Assembly: GCA_000965745.1 (NCBI GenBank) | Contig: CP009479.1 | Coordinates: forward strand, 1,696,001 to 1,760,000 | Length of the DNA stretch: 64,000 nucleotides | Direction: 5' to 3' | Source: an uncultured archaeon | GTDB lineage: Archaea > Thermoplasmatota > Thermoplasmata > Thermoplasmatales > Thermoplasmataceae | In this document: in pieces, positions 30,776 through 40,203 of the stretch | Layout of the letters: every line of letters starts with the position of its first letter | Numbering within the stretch: position 1 is the first letter of the stretch | Translations under genes and position numbers: made by a program | The notes under the pieces: generated by a model | What the model was told of the DNA's origin: nothing | Seen by the model: only the letters and a program-made list of their open reading frames with translations | Databases searched by the model: none

Positions 30776-31009
30776 TGGGCACTCACAGAGCGTAAATGGA
30801 TATTAAGTCAGTCCTGCGTGGTTCTTATCAGTACGGTCTGAATAACCTCTCTTTTTGCACCAGTAATACTAGACATTGTTTATTTAGGCTGAACAATTGA
30901 TCCAATCAGGGGTGCCTGCTCTACGAACACATCTGTAAAATTCGGTTCGCTTGTTTCAGAGGGAAAAAAACGGGGAAAAGGTTTTCTCAACATTAAAGAC
31001 GGAATTATA

Positions 31010-32083
31010 GTGTCCATCACTTCTTCCCCCAGGGAAGGCTTCGAAATTGAGGACTATTCAGAAAATACCGTAGTCCCGGGGCTCATAGACATTCATACCC
31101 ATGGTTACAGGGGTACCGATTCAATGGGCTCGGATTTGAATTCCATATTGAAGTGGGCATCAGACATAACTTCTCACGGAGTGACTGGTATACTTCCTAC
31201 TTCTGTATCTGCCAGCCACAGGAATGTTGTTCACTTTCTTGATCGGATAAGTGATGTAATCGAGGAATCCAACCATAATCACGGGGCCGAAATACTGGGG
31301 TCCAGGCTTGAAGGCCCATACATAAACAGAATCAAGGCTGGTGCCCACAGGAGGGAATATATACGAACTCCAAGCGAATTCGAGATCAATGATATTTCCA
31401 GCTTTCATTCAGCCAACCTGAAGATAGTTGACCTCGCACCTGAGATTTCAGGCGCAACGGAAGCAATGAAGAAACTGGTCAGGAAGGGAATTATTATTTC
31501 AGCCGGCCACACAAACGCCAATTTCGAACAGGCAAAATCATTCTTTTCAAGCGGAGTAAGGCTGCTGACCCACTTCTACAACGCAATGTCCGGCTTTCAT
31601 CACAGGGACGTTGGGATGGTAGGCGCCGGCCTTCTGCTTCCGAACTTCAGCCTCGAACTGATTTCTGATTTCAAACACACCGCCCCGGAGGCGATAGACA
31701 TCGCCGTAAAAAACAAAACCTGGAGAAACATAATACTCATTACAGATTCTATGTCCGCCACCGACCTGGGTGACGGGAATTACAAACTTGGAGACCTTGA
31801 AGCGGAGGTGGTGGATGCAACCTGCTACATCAAGGGTACGAGGACACTTGCGGGAAGCACACTCACACTGGACAAGGGAATAAAGAACCTGTTTGAGCAT
31901 GGTTACGACCTGAGTGAAGTAATCGGATCAGCCACGAAGAATCCCGCAGAGCTTCTGGGCCTGAATGACAGGGGAGTCCTTGAACCCGGTTATCGGGGTG
32001 ACCTTTGCCTCCTCGATAACGAGATGAATGTAGTTGCAACCTACGTAAGGGGAGAGCAGGTTTTTGATTCGGAGAAACCCTGA
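31010..32083 (+). CDS. nagA: N-acetylglucosamine-6-phosphate deacetylase (true start probably further upstream)
   Basis: PGLIDIHTHG, LEGPYI..KAGAH, APE, AGHT, THFYNAM, ITDSM, LAGS, NPA. Confidence 0.93.
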   Translation: MSITSSPREGFEIEDYSENTVVPGLIDIHTHGYRGTDSMGSDLNSILKWASDITSHGVTGILPTSVSASHRNVVHFLDRISDVIEESNHNHGAEILGSRLEGPYINRIKAGAHRREYIRTPSEFEINDISSFHSANLKIVDLAPEISGATEAMKKLVRKGIIISAGHTNANFEQAKSFFSSGVRLLTHFYNAMSGFHHRDVGMVGAGLLLPNFSLELISDFKHTAPEAIDIAVKNKTWRNIILITDSMSATDLGDGNYKLGDLEAEVVDATCYIKGTRTLAGSTLTLDKGIKNLFEHGYDLSEVIGSATKNPAELLGLNDRGVLEPGYRGDLCLLDNEMNVVATYVRGEQVFDSEKP

Positions 32084-32095
32084 AAATAAATTCTC

Positions 32096-33118
32096 CTACA
32101 TGAGGAGATACGATGATTTTTCAGATTCAGGCAACCCCGTTACTCTTTGATCAAGCTCCCTTGCCAGAAGATCAATCTCCCGCATTCCAAGATTCTTCCC
32201 GTTCTGGCTTAAAACGGTCTGTACAGACCCCAAAACAGCATGGTACCCGAACAGGGGGCTTTCCATTTCCACATTCTCGATCTTGTCGGTGATCTCATTA
32301 ACAAAAGTTTCCCAGTAAATTTTCCCTGCCCTGAAGACCCCACCATATCCGCTAACCGGTAGTGGACCTTCCGCACCTAGTAAATTCTGAAGTGAGATGA
32401 CTGACCTGGCCGCCTCCGATGCAGCCTCTTCAAGTATGTGAGCTGAAAGTTCATCCCCACTGCTGGCAAGGGACGACACCACTCTTGCGAGGGAGGCAAT
32501 CCTTCTGACATTGATCCTTTCACTGTAGACTTCATTGACGAGCCCTCTCGGTTCAGCCACAGAGAATTCATTCATAACCGCTTCCAGTAATTCCTTTGAG
32601 TGTAATGTTCTCCCATCGGCAATCTTAGCGGATTCCTGGATCGCTCTCCTCCCAATGTAGAACGCCCCCCCTTCATCACCGATAAACCACCCCCATCCGC
32701 TGCACCTCTCAAAACGGTCCCCCTTCCTGCCGTAAGCTATCATCCCGGTCCCCGGTGCAGCAATTATTCCATCCCGGTCCGGGAATCGGCACCTGAATCC
32801 GGCTTCGCCGTCATTAAGCAGCGAATATCTGCCCTGAAGCTTGTAGGAGGATATGAAATCATCAATTATCTCGGTGGATTTTGCGGAATCCTTGACGCCA
32901 GCCATGGCGAAGGTAAAGTAATCAACCTCCGCCCAGCTGACGCCGCTCCTCCGAAGGGCATCATCGATCGCTGACTTGACATTTAACCTGGCCGCCTCTA
33001 TTCCAACATTCCTGAAATTTGAGGGCCCATTGACGCCAATCTGCAGAATCCTGCCGGAATCATCATAGGCAACAGCAATTGTTTTGGTAGCACCTCCGTC
33101 CAGGGAGACAAAAATCAT
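32096..33118 (-). CDS. BadF/BadG/BcrA/BcrD-type N-acetyl-amino-sugar kinase (GlcNAc/MurNAc kinase, MurK-like)
   Basis: DGGATKT, GPSN, ND, GTG, GWGWFIGDEGGAFYIG; amino-sugar gene context. Confidence 0.82.
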   Translation of the reverse strand: MIFVSLDGGATKTIAVAYDDSGRILQIGVNGPSNFRNVGIEAARLNVKSAIDDALRRSGVSWAEVDYFTFAMAGVKDSAKSTEIIDDFISSYKLQGRYSLLNDGEAGFRCRFPDRDGIIAAPGTGMIAYGRKGDRFERCSGWGWFIGDEGGAFYIGRRAIQESAKIADGRTLHSKELLEAVMNEFSVAEPRGLVNEVYSERINVRRIASLARVVSSLASSGDELSAHILEEAASEAARSVISLQNLLGAEGPLPVSGYGGVFRAGKIYWETFVNEITDKIENVEMESPLFGYHAVLGSVQTVLSQNGKNLGMREIDLLARELDQRVTGLPESEKSSYLLM

Positions 33119-33178
33119 TCATCAGTGAGGTGTAGTGCAATTATACATTTTTGGTTGACAAAAAGCTGCCAGGCGGCG

Positions 33179-34267
33179 CTATTCGATATTTCTGAATACT
33201 GCGTTGTGGAACAGCCTCCTGAACCTAAGGATGCCGATGTTGTCCCTTGTTGGGTAAACGCGGTTGCTCAGTACAGTTACGGCAATTTTCCTTTTTATAT
33301 CTATCACCAGGGATGTGCCGGTAAATCCCGTGTGTCCGATAGTGCCAAAGTCCGCATAGTCGCCCATGAATGACGAGAACCCGAAAGAATCACTCGGATT
33401 CCTTGGTCTGGGCAGCTTTATCATCCATCCAAGCCCAAAAGTTCCTCCAAGGTACTCATTGGCCGGCGAGGACATAAGGTTCAGTGTACTGGAAGAGAAA
33501 AGCCTGCATTCAAGAAGGGCATTGGTAAACCTGGACATGTCTTCAAGATTGCTGAAGAGGCCTGCGTGGCCTGCAACTCCGCCAAGATAGAACGCATTTT
33601 CATCGTGCACTTTGCCCCATACGAGGCCACGTTCTTCTGTCATCTCTGTAGGGGCAACCGTATCTTTGGAAAAATCCGGGTTGAAGGACGAACTCTTCAT
33701 TCCAAGAGGATCGAATATCTCTTCACGGGCAAGCACATCGAGACGCTTTCCGGATATGTGCTCAAGGAGGAATGCGAGGGTCATGAAGTTCAAGTCACTG
33801 TACTCCTCTTTTGTATACATGCTGGCAGATGCTGCGAAACCCTTTATTCCAGTGAGATAACCTTCCCTGTTTTGCCCAAAAGAGTACAGCGGGTAATGCC
33901 ATATCAGTCCCGAAGAGTGTGAAAGAAGGGATTTGACAGTCAGCTGTCCAGCTCTGCCAGAATCTGCAAACAGCCCTAGTGATGCAAGGGAGTCATCGAG
34001 CGCAATCTTCCCCCGGTCTAACATTTTCATGACAAGCGTGGTCGTGACTACAGGTTTTGTCAGTGAAGCCATATCAAAAATCGTCTCTTTGTTGAAATGA
34101 AATTCAGGACTGCCAATGTTTCCTTCTGCAAATGCAAATTCGCTTCTTCCCTCAATAGTCACGGAAGCTGCCATTCCCGGTGAAACTGCCGGGATATGTT
34201 CCTTTATCAGGGACCGCAATTCGAGAGTTGCCTCCTTTCTCAATCTTATTCCTGCCAGATCACTCAT
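33179..34267 (-). CDS. amiE: Beta-lactamase-fold serine hydrolase, AmiE/YbbE-like MurNAc-L-Ala amidase
   Basis: FDMASLTK (SxxK), YSDLNF, GKVHDENAFYLGGVAGHAGLFS (YbbE/AmiE subfamily motif), GHTGFTGT; clustered with nagZ/namZ/murQ. Confidence 0.72.
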   Translation of the reverse strand: MSDLAGIRLRKEATLELRSLIKEHIPAVSPGMAASVTIEGRSEFAFAEGNIGSPEFHFNKETIFDMASLTKPVVTTTLVMKMLDRGKIALDDSLASLGLFADSGRAGQLTVKSLLSHSSGLIWHYPLYSFGQNREGYLTGIKGFAASASMYTKEEYSDLNFMTLAFLLEHISGKRLDVLAREEIFDPLGMKSSSFNPDFSKDTVAPTEMTEERGLVWGKVHDENAFYLGGVAGHAGLFSNLEDMSRFTNALLECRLFSSSTLNLMSSPANEYLGGTFGLGWMIKLPRPRNPSDSFGFSSFMGDYADFGTIGHTGFTGTSLVIDIKRKIAVTVLSNRVYPTRDNIGILRFRRLFHNAVFRNIE

Positions 34268-34296
34268 CCTCCTATCTCAATTCGAAACAGACTGCC

Positions 34297-35280
34297 TCAC
34301 TTCACAACTTTAGTCAACTTTTCGGGCTTGTCAGGGTTCAGGCCCATGCTGTTTGCTTTGTAGTACGCGAGTAGTTGTATCGGAATAGAATACCTTATTG
34401 GGGCAAACATACCTGGATCGTATGGAAGCTTTACCGTATCCATTTCTGCTGATCCCATCGTAATGATGCTGCTCGTGTATTTTTTCATCTCTGAAATGAC
34501 CGGTGAATAGCCATCATAGGCATCTCTCAGTATCATCACCGAGGTATCTGCATCAAGTGTCTGTATCGGGCCGTGCAGATATTCACGTATCTGGTACGCT
34601 TCCGTCAGAAGGTTGCCGGTTTCCCTGAATTTAAGTGCTCCTTCGAGTGCAGTGCCAAACATGTACCCATTTCCAAGAAACACTATTCGGCTTTTCAGGG
34701 CCCTGGAAAGGTGCTCATATTCTCCGGTGTGTGAAGTGGCATTATCTGCCCAGGATGCTATTTCTGTAACATAACTCATCGGGTCCATGCCGTGAAGATG
34801 GCCCTGGATCAAGGCTACAGCTGTCAGCTGGGCAACATAACTCTTCGTTGCAGCTATTGCAGTTTCACTGCCTGCAGATGTTAACACGGATATGTCTGCT
34901 TTATGGGCCAGTGAGCTATTTTCCTCATTCGTTATTCCGATCACCCTTGCACCGCAGACAGCAGAAAGGTTGAGTGCATTCAGTGCATCAGCACTTTCTC
35001 CAGATTGGCTCATAACAACTACTGCCACTTTCTTCTCCGGTTTTCCTGGAATGTAATTTTCAAAATCAGGCGCCTTGACCAGTACTGCCGGCACATCCTC
35101 CTTCAGCAGGGATATTTGCAGAGAAAGGCCTGCATGATAGCTCGTGCCGCTGCCTGTTATGATCACATAATCGGAGCCAAGAAGGGCGTCTGCTGCTTCA
35201 CCTGCTGATTTCCGCACGGATTCAACAGTTCTCAGTATGGATTTTCCATCCTGTTTTATTTCATCAAGCATAACAGACAT
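34297..35280 (-). CDS. Double-SIS glucosamine-6-phosphate deaminase (isomerising; GlmD/NagB-II type)
   Basis: GlmS isomerase-like motifs GSGTSYHA, SQSGES, ATKSY, EGALKFRE, EYLHGP, NPDKPEKLTKVV, with no glutaminase domain. Confidence 0.8.
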   Translation of the reverse strand: MSVMLDEIKQDGKSILRTVESVRKSAGEAADALLGSDYVIITGSGTSYHAGLSLQISLLKEDVPAVLVKAPDFENYIPGKPEKKVAVVVMSQSGESADALNALNLSAVCGARVIGITNEENSSLAHKADISVLTSAGSETAIAATKSYVAQLTAVALIQGHLHGMDPMSYVTEIASWADNATSHTGEYEHLSRALKSRIVFLGNGYMFGTALEGALKFRETGNLLTEAYQIREYLHGPIQTLDADTSVMILRDAYDGYSPVISEMKKYTSSIITMGSAEMDTVKLPYDPGMFAPIRYSIPIQLLAYYKANSMGLNPDKPEKLTKVVK

Positions 35281-35342
35281 TGTTAGGCTTAACCCTCAAA
35301 CAGCTTAAAATTTCACATTCGATCGGAAGCAATATTTCCGAT

Positions 35343-36455
35343 TCAGAGGTTCTTTATTTCATTCAACAATTGAAAGTAGTTATCTCCAGGGAGAATTTTT
35401 CCGAGGACAGCAGGCTTTCCGCCACTTGCCTCAGTGTTGCCAATTCTGTTATGCAGGGTCTGGTTTGCGATAACAGCGAATCCGACACCTTCCCTTGCCT
35501 TGTCGTCTATGCCATGATCGCTGAATCTCTCAACCTTGACTGAAAACAGATCTGCGAGGTCTTTCATAAGTACCGGATTAAAGCTGCCTCCACCGCCTAC
35601 GATTATTGTCCCAATCCTGTGTGGGATAAACCTGTCCATTTGGTCCTTGATGGATTCTGCCGTGAATCTGGTCAGGGTCCTGATCACATCTTTCTGCGGC
35701 ACATCTTCTTCTGAAATCCTCTTCTGTACATAATCTTCTGTGAAATATTCCCTGCCAGTACTTTTTGGAGGACTTTTCCTGAAGTAATCATCGTCCAGGA
35801 GTTTCATGAGCAATGCTTCATTTATAGAGCCTCCCCCGGCAAACTCCCCATTCTCATCATAATCGCGGCCGGTAAATTTCTTCATGAAGGTATCGATGAG
35901 CATATTTCCCGGCCCGGTGTCAAATGCAATTAATCTATCGCCAATGTATGTGATGTTGGAAATTCCACCTATGTTCAGAGTAACAGTTCCTTCCTCCCCG
36001 AACAATAGCTTGTCGGAAAGTGGAATGAGTGGCGCTCCATCACCACCCATGCTCAGGTCGGTTGTCCTGAAATCGAAAATAACCGTTTTCCGGGTTCTGG
36101 AGAAAATCTCAGAGGGCTCTCCGATCTGAAGTGTCCCTTTATCACGTTTGCCGAGTGATGGACCATGAAATACGGTATACCCGGAAAATGCCACAACATC
36201 ATAATCCCAGTCGAGTATCCCGAGCGACTCTCCCACAAACCGGCCAAGGTACCAGTGGGCTTCGCTGAATTCCTCACTGGTCAACGGTTTCATGGTTGAA
36301 ACTTTGAGCAGCATTTCCCTGAGTGAATCGCTGAATGGAAATTCAACATGCTGCAGCACCCTGACTCTAGTGGTCTCATCCCACCCGTTGATTTCCAGAA
36401 GCGAAATGCTCAATCCATCAGTGGATGTTCCGGTTACGACAGAGGCAAACTTCAA
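35343..36455 (-). CDS. anmK: Anhydro-N-acetylmuramic acid kinase
   Basis: GTSTDG, TLQIG, DFR..D..MGGDGAPL, LNIGGISNIT, AFDTGPGNMLID, PPKSTGREYF, GGGSFN. Confidence 0.92.
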   Translation of the reverse strand: MKFASVVTGTSTDGLSISLLEINGWDETTRVRVLQHVEFPFSDSLREMLLKVSTMKPLTSEEFSEAHWYLGRFVGESLGILDWDYDVVAFSGYTVFHGPSLGKRDKGTLQIGEPSEIFSRTRKTVIFDFRTTDLSMGGDGAPLIPLSDKLLFGEEGTVTLNIGGISNITYIGDRLIAFDTGPGNMLIDTFMKKFTGRDYDENGEFAGGGSINEALLMKLLDDDYFRKSPPKSTGREYFTEDYVQKRISEEDVPQKDVIRTLTRFTAESIKDQMDRFIPHRIGTIIVGGGGSFNPVLMKDLADLFSVKVERFSDHGIDDKAREGVGFAVIANQTLHNRIGNTEASGGKPAVLGKILPGDNYFQLLNEIKNL

Positions 36456-36544
36456 TGATCACAATATACGGCAGAATGTAAAAATGCTTTGAATAATCAA
36501 TTCAGATAAATTATTAATGCATAGTTAACCTCATAGGTAAGGAA

Positions 36545-37366
36545 ATGGAAGGCACAGAAGACAACAATACATTTTCGAGGAACATAGACCAATGGAATAC
36601 GCCTGAAATTCTCAAGTTCATCCATCTATCAGACATCGATGCCTATGAAGCGGTTTCTGCAGCAATGGAACAGATAACGGAAGCAACGGAGAAGATAGTT
36701 GAAAGGCTTGATGATGGCGGAAGAGTCATCTATGCGGGAGCCGGGACAAGCGGAAGGCTGGCTGCTCAGGACGTCGCTGAACTCTGGCCAACATACGGTA
36801 TAGGTTCGACACTCTTTGACTACATAATAGCCGGGGGCAGGGAGGCAATCAGCCACTCAGTCGAAGGTGCAGAAGACAGCCTGCAGGAATCGGTTGACCT
36901 TTTGAAGCAGAAAGGTTTGGGGAAAAATGATGTTGTCTTCGGAATAACAGCTTCCGGAACTACCCCGTTTGTCTTATCTGCACTTGAATATGCCAGGTCG
37001 GTGGGCGCCCTGTCAGTCGGAATGACGAATAACAGGTGCAGGCCTGTTGAGGAGATCGCAAAGATTGCAATAGTTCTGAACACCGGACCTGAGGTTATAC
37101 AGGGGTCTACAAGGATGAAAGCTGGAACATCACAGAAAATGGTCCTGAGCATGATTTCCACAGCAGTTGCCATCAAGCTTGGCTACACCCACAGGAACAC
37201 CATGTCCAACATGGGCGCATGGTACAACCAGAAGCTCCAGAGGAGGGCAGTGAAGATGGTTGTCCAGGAGTTTGGCGTGAGTGAAGCAGATGCAAGGAAG
37301 CTGCTTGAAGACCACTCCTACAGGATCGCGGAGGTATTTTCGCTCCTAAGCAGAAAAAAGGGCTGA
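36545..37366 (+). CDS. murQ: N-acetylmuramic acid 6-phosphate etherase
   Basis: GAGTSGRL, DVAELWPTY, EGAED, GITASGTTPFV, TGPEVIQGSTRMKAGTSQK. Confidence 0.93.
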   Translation: MEGTEDNNTFSRNIDQWNTPEILKFIHLSDIDAYEAVSAAMEQITEATEKIVERLDDGGRVIYAGAGTSGRLAAQDVAELWPTYGIGSTLFDYIIAGGREAISHSVEGAEDSLQESVDLLKQKGLGKNDVVFGITASGTTPFVLSALEYARSVGALSVGMTNNRCRPVEEIAKIAIVLNTGPEVIQGSTRMKAGTSQKMVLSMISTAVAIKLGYTHRNTMSNMGAWYNQKLQRRAVKMVVQEFGVSEADARKLLEDHSYRIAEVFSLLSRKKG

Positions 37367-37426
37367 AAGGAAGTTATGCGTGATACACACATCGAAAATA
37401 CCGGTGCCCAAACGAATGCAGAATGA

Positions 37427-38533
37427 ATGGCGGCAAAAAACATGATTCTATCGTATTGCTTCAGAGACTCGAACGGAGATATAATTGAGTCCTGCAACCA
37501 GACGTATCCTCTTCTTCCCGCCTCAAACATTAAGGTCGTCTCCGGCTATACGGCTTACAGGATGCTCGGAAGAGACTTTGAGTTCAGGACCGATTTCTCC
37601 CTCCATGATAAAGATATGCTGATACACGGTGATCCAACGCCATTGCTGAGCAGGCAGAAGCTCAGGGAAATACTAGTGGCGTCCGGGTTAGACAGGAAAG
37701 ACCTTGAAAGGGTGCTTTTCAAAGATGATATATTTGACGACAGGGAATTTGCGGATGGCTGGAGTATAGAAGACATAGGCTTCTGCTACCAGGCCCGGGT
37801 TGTCCCTTTCTCAGTCGACGAGGGGTGCTACTGTAAAGAACAGGGTGGGTGTGATGGAAGTGCGCCCCTCCATGATGTCGCCAAACAATCGGTAAATGAC
37901 CAGCTGGCAAATTTTGCCAGGGAGATATCCAGTATTGTTTCAGCGAACAACGAAATAGAATACGGCCGGTTCACCCATAATTCCAGCAATCCTCATTTCG
38001 TTTACAGGGAGAGCCTGCTGGATATTCTAGACCACATTGAAGTTTACAGCTGCAATTTTTCAATAGAGGTGCTTACAAAATATCTGTCCTACAGAAAGAC
38101 TGGCAGGGGTTCATGGGAGGACTCTGCAGAAATAATATCGGATTACATGAAATCGCTGGGGCTGGATGCATCAGGCATAAGAATCGTCGACGGGTCCGGC
38201 CTTTCAAGGTCAAACCTGATGAGTACGGAATTTCTTTCAGATCTGGCACACAAAATCATCGAGAATGGTGACAACGAATTCATGAAACTTCTGCCCTCTC
38301 CGGGAAGGGGAACATTGAGGGGCAGGCTGGACAAGCTTTCAAATTTAGGCCTGCACGCCAAAACAGGCTCTCTCGAATATTGTGGAAGCCTGACAGGCTA
38401 CCTGGAGAAGCCTGGAGTCTTTTTCAGCATAATCATAAACAACTCTCTGGAGAATGGGAAAAAGATCATAAACAAGATAGACAACCTCCTGGTGGATTTC
38501 CTTGGCAGAAACGGGATTCAATTGGAAGGTTAG
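37427..38533 (+). CDS. dacB: Peptidase S13 D-Ala-D-Ala carboxypeptidase/endopeptidase (PBP4-like), no signal peptide
   Basis: PASNIK (SxxK), GDP, SCN (SxN), DGSGLSRSN, GTL..R, AKTGSL (KTG). Confidence 0.88.
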   Translation: MAAKNMILSYCFRDSNGDIIESCNQTYPLLPASNIKVVSGYTAYRMLGRDFEFRTDFSLHDKDMLIHGDPTPLLSRQKLREILVASGLDRKDLERVLFKDDIFDDREFADGWSIEDIGFCYQARVVPFSVDEGCYCKEQGGCDGSAPLHDVAKQSVNDQLANFAREISSIVSANNEIEYGRFTHNSSNPHFVYRESLLDILDHIEVYSCNFSIEVLTKYLSYRKTGRGSWEDSAEIISDYMKSLGLDASGIRIVDGSGLSRSNLMSTEFLSDLAHKIIENGDNEFMKLLPSPGRGTLRGRLDKLSNLGLHAKTGSLEYCGSLTGYLEKPGVFFSIIINNSLENGKKIINKIDNLLVDFLGRNGIQLEG

Positions 38534-39261
38534 GTTATTTCCACGAGCTCTCTCTGCTCAACCTTCTCTATTTTAACGTCATGCGGAAATCTGGAAGCCT
38601 TCAGCAGGCTCGATGAGACCACTCCCACCCAGCCTTCTTTCTCGACCCGGTACATCGTAACATATTCATTGTCAAACCTGCTGTCCCCGTAGTAAAAGAG
38701 CCTCCCCTTCCTGGTGACCTTGTCAACAGCAAGGACAAATATGTTGTTCGTTGTTTTTACAAAATCAAACCTTCCTGAATCCTCTAGGGTTTTTCGTATC
38801 TTTTCTTCAATATCTCCCTCCTGCCTCATCAGGTACTCAAGAAAGAACTCACTGTCCGGCTGATTGTCAAGATTACCTTCATTGAGGGCGCCGGCTATGT
38901 TCTCTTTCCTGTATGAGCCATTATGAACGAGATAGACGTCGTACTCAGTGTTGCTTCGGTGATGGGGGTGCGAGTCAAGCATTCCGACCGGTTCACCTGC
39001 GGCTGCCTTTCGTGCATGGACAACAAGTATCCCACTTTCGGGGAACTCAGGTTTTCTGCTGTTGAAAATAGGCTCCCGGTACCTTCTGAAATCTATTGAG
39101 TTTTGGTCCATAGCCACATATCCCCAGCCATCGTCGTGGGACGGGTCACCTTTTCTGTCTTCAGGGAACAGTGGATCATGCCTGCATACTTCTACAAGCG
39201 ATTCAAAAACATCATTCGCATCAGATTTGAAATCCCCAAACATCGTAAACATTCTACACAA
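38530..39261 (-). CDS. Class II glutamine amidotransferase-like Ntn hydrolase (YafJ/EgtC-like)
   Basis: TTG start at 39261 gives M-C-R-M (N-terminal nucleophile Cys), HDDGWG, HARKA, HPH, HNGS, DSE. Confidence 0.8.
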   Translation of the reverse strand: MCRMFTMFGDFKSDANDVFESLVEVCRHDPLFPEDRKGDPSHDDGWGYVAMDQNSIDFRRYREPIFNSRKPEFPESGILVVHARKAAAGEPVGMLDSHPHHRSNTEYDVYLVHNGSYRKENIAGALNEGNLDNQPDSEFFLEYLMRQEGDIEEKIRKTLEDSGRFDFVKTTNNIFVLAVDKVTRKGRLFYYGDSRFDNEYVTMYRVEKEGWVGVVSSSLLKASRFPHDVKIEKVEQRELVEIT

Positions 39262-39369
39262 TTCAGAGCGCCCGGTCTTGAGAAGCATTCCATTGGATAA
39301 ATATGATCCTGCCCGTGGTTGTTGTCTCATTCTGGAAATGAATATTAATGCAAACACACATGATCAACA

Positions 39370-40191
39370 ATGAGGATACTGATCTCGGTTGATGCAGAGG
39401 GGCTTCAGGGCATAACGTTCGGTACGCAGGTTCTTCCCGGGATGCCCGATTATTATCTGGCAAGAGAGACAATGGCACAGTCGGTAAACAGCGTGGGACG
39501 GGGAATTAGGTCAAGCGGTGTCGCCGAGAAGGTTACTGTTGTAGATTCACACGATGGAAGCAGGAATATACTTGCAGAATCACTCGACCCGGGAATTTCA
39601 TTGATAACTGGGGGACCTAAGCCCTTGAGCATGGTCGAGGGAGCCAGGAAAACTGATAAAATGTTCTTACTGGGTTATCACCCCAGGGCAGGAACTGAAG
39701 CCGGTGTACTTGACCACACCTATTCCACCAATGTTCACAGGCTCAGGATAAACGGGGAAGAAATGGGGGAGATTGGCCTGAGTGCCTCAGTTGCCGGCCA
39801 TTTTGGAGTCCCCGTTACTTTGTTGGCAGGAGACAGGGCTGCGGTTGGGGAAGGTGAGAAGATTATCAATGACGCTGAATTTGTAGTCCTGAAAGATGGC
39901 ATATCCAGGTACTCTGCAGAAACTTCAGTTCCAGTTGATGCCGAATCGATGCTGGAGAAATCTGCGCTTAAAGGTGCCAGGAGAAAGGGAACTCCTTTCG
40001 TCATTGATGGCAGCGTGGAAGTTTCATTAGAATTCCAGAACACGGGGATGGCGGACAACTGCATGATGCTTCCCGGTACGGTCAGAAAGGACGGCTATAC
40101 AGTACAGGCTGAAGCAAAGGATATCGTTGAGGCATACAGGATTTTCAGGGTGCTTGTATCGCTGTCATCATTTGATCATGGTGGTTATTGA
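39370..40191 (+). CDS. dppA: M55-family D-aminopeptidase (Bacillus DppA type)
   Basis: ISVDAEG, DSHDG, KPLSMVEG, GYH, HTYS, GE, GD. Confidence 0.9.
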   Translation: MRILISVDAEGLQGITFGTQVLPGMPDYYLARETMAQSVNSVGRGIRSSGVAEKVTVVDSHDGSRNILAESLDPGISLITGGPKPLSMVEGARKTDKMFLLGYHPRAGTEAGVLDHTYSTNVHRLRINGEEMGEIGLSASVAGHFGVPVTLLAGDRAAVGEGEKIINDAEFVVLKDGISRYSAETSVPVDAESMLEKSALKGARRKGTPFVIDGSVEVSLEFQNTGMADNCMMLPGTVRKDGYTVQAEAKDIVEAYRIFRVLVSLSSFDHGGY

Positions 40192-40203
40192 AGGGAGCCG
40201 ACA

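Noticed and set aside
33179-34267. Beta-lactamase / antibiotic resistance gene
   Set aside because: The fold is shared, but the VHDENA..LGGVAGHAGLF motif and the nagZ/namZ/murQ context fit an AmiE-like amidase; archaea have no beta-lactam target
34297-35280. glmS (glucosamine-6-P synthase)
   Set aside because: No N-terminal glutaminase domain, and the catabolic context favours a deaminase
29672-40203. Three convergent gene pairs each separated by exactly 12 nt (29672-29683, 32084-32095, 40192-40203)
   Set aside because: The spacer sequences share no motif; most likely coincidence in a compact genome
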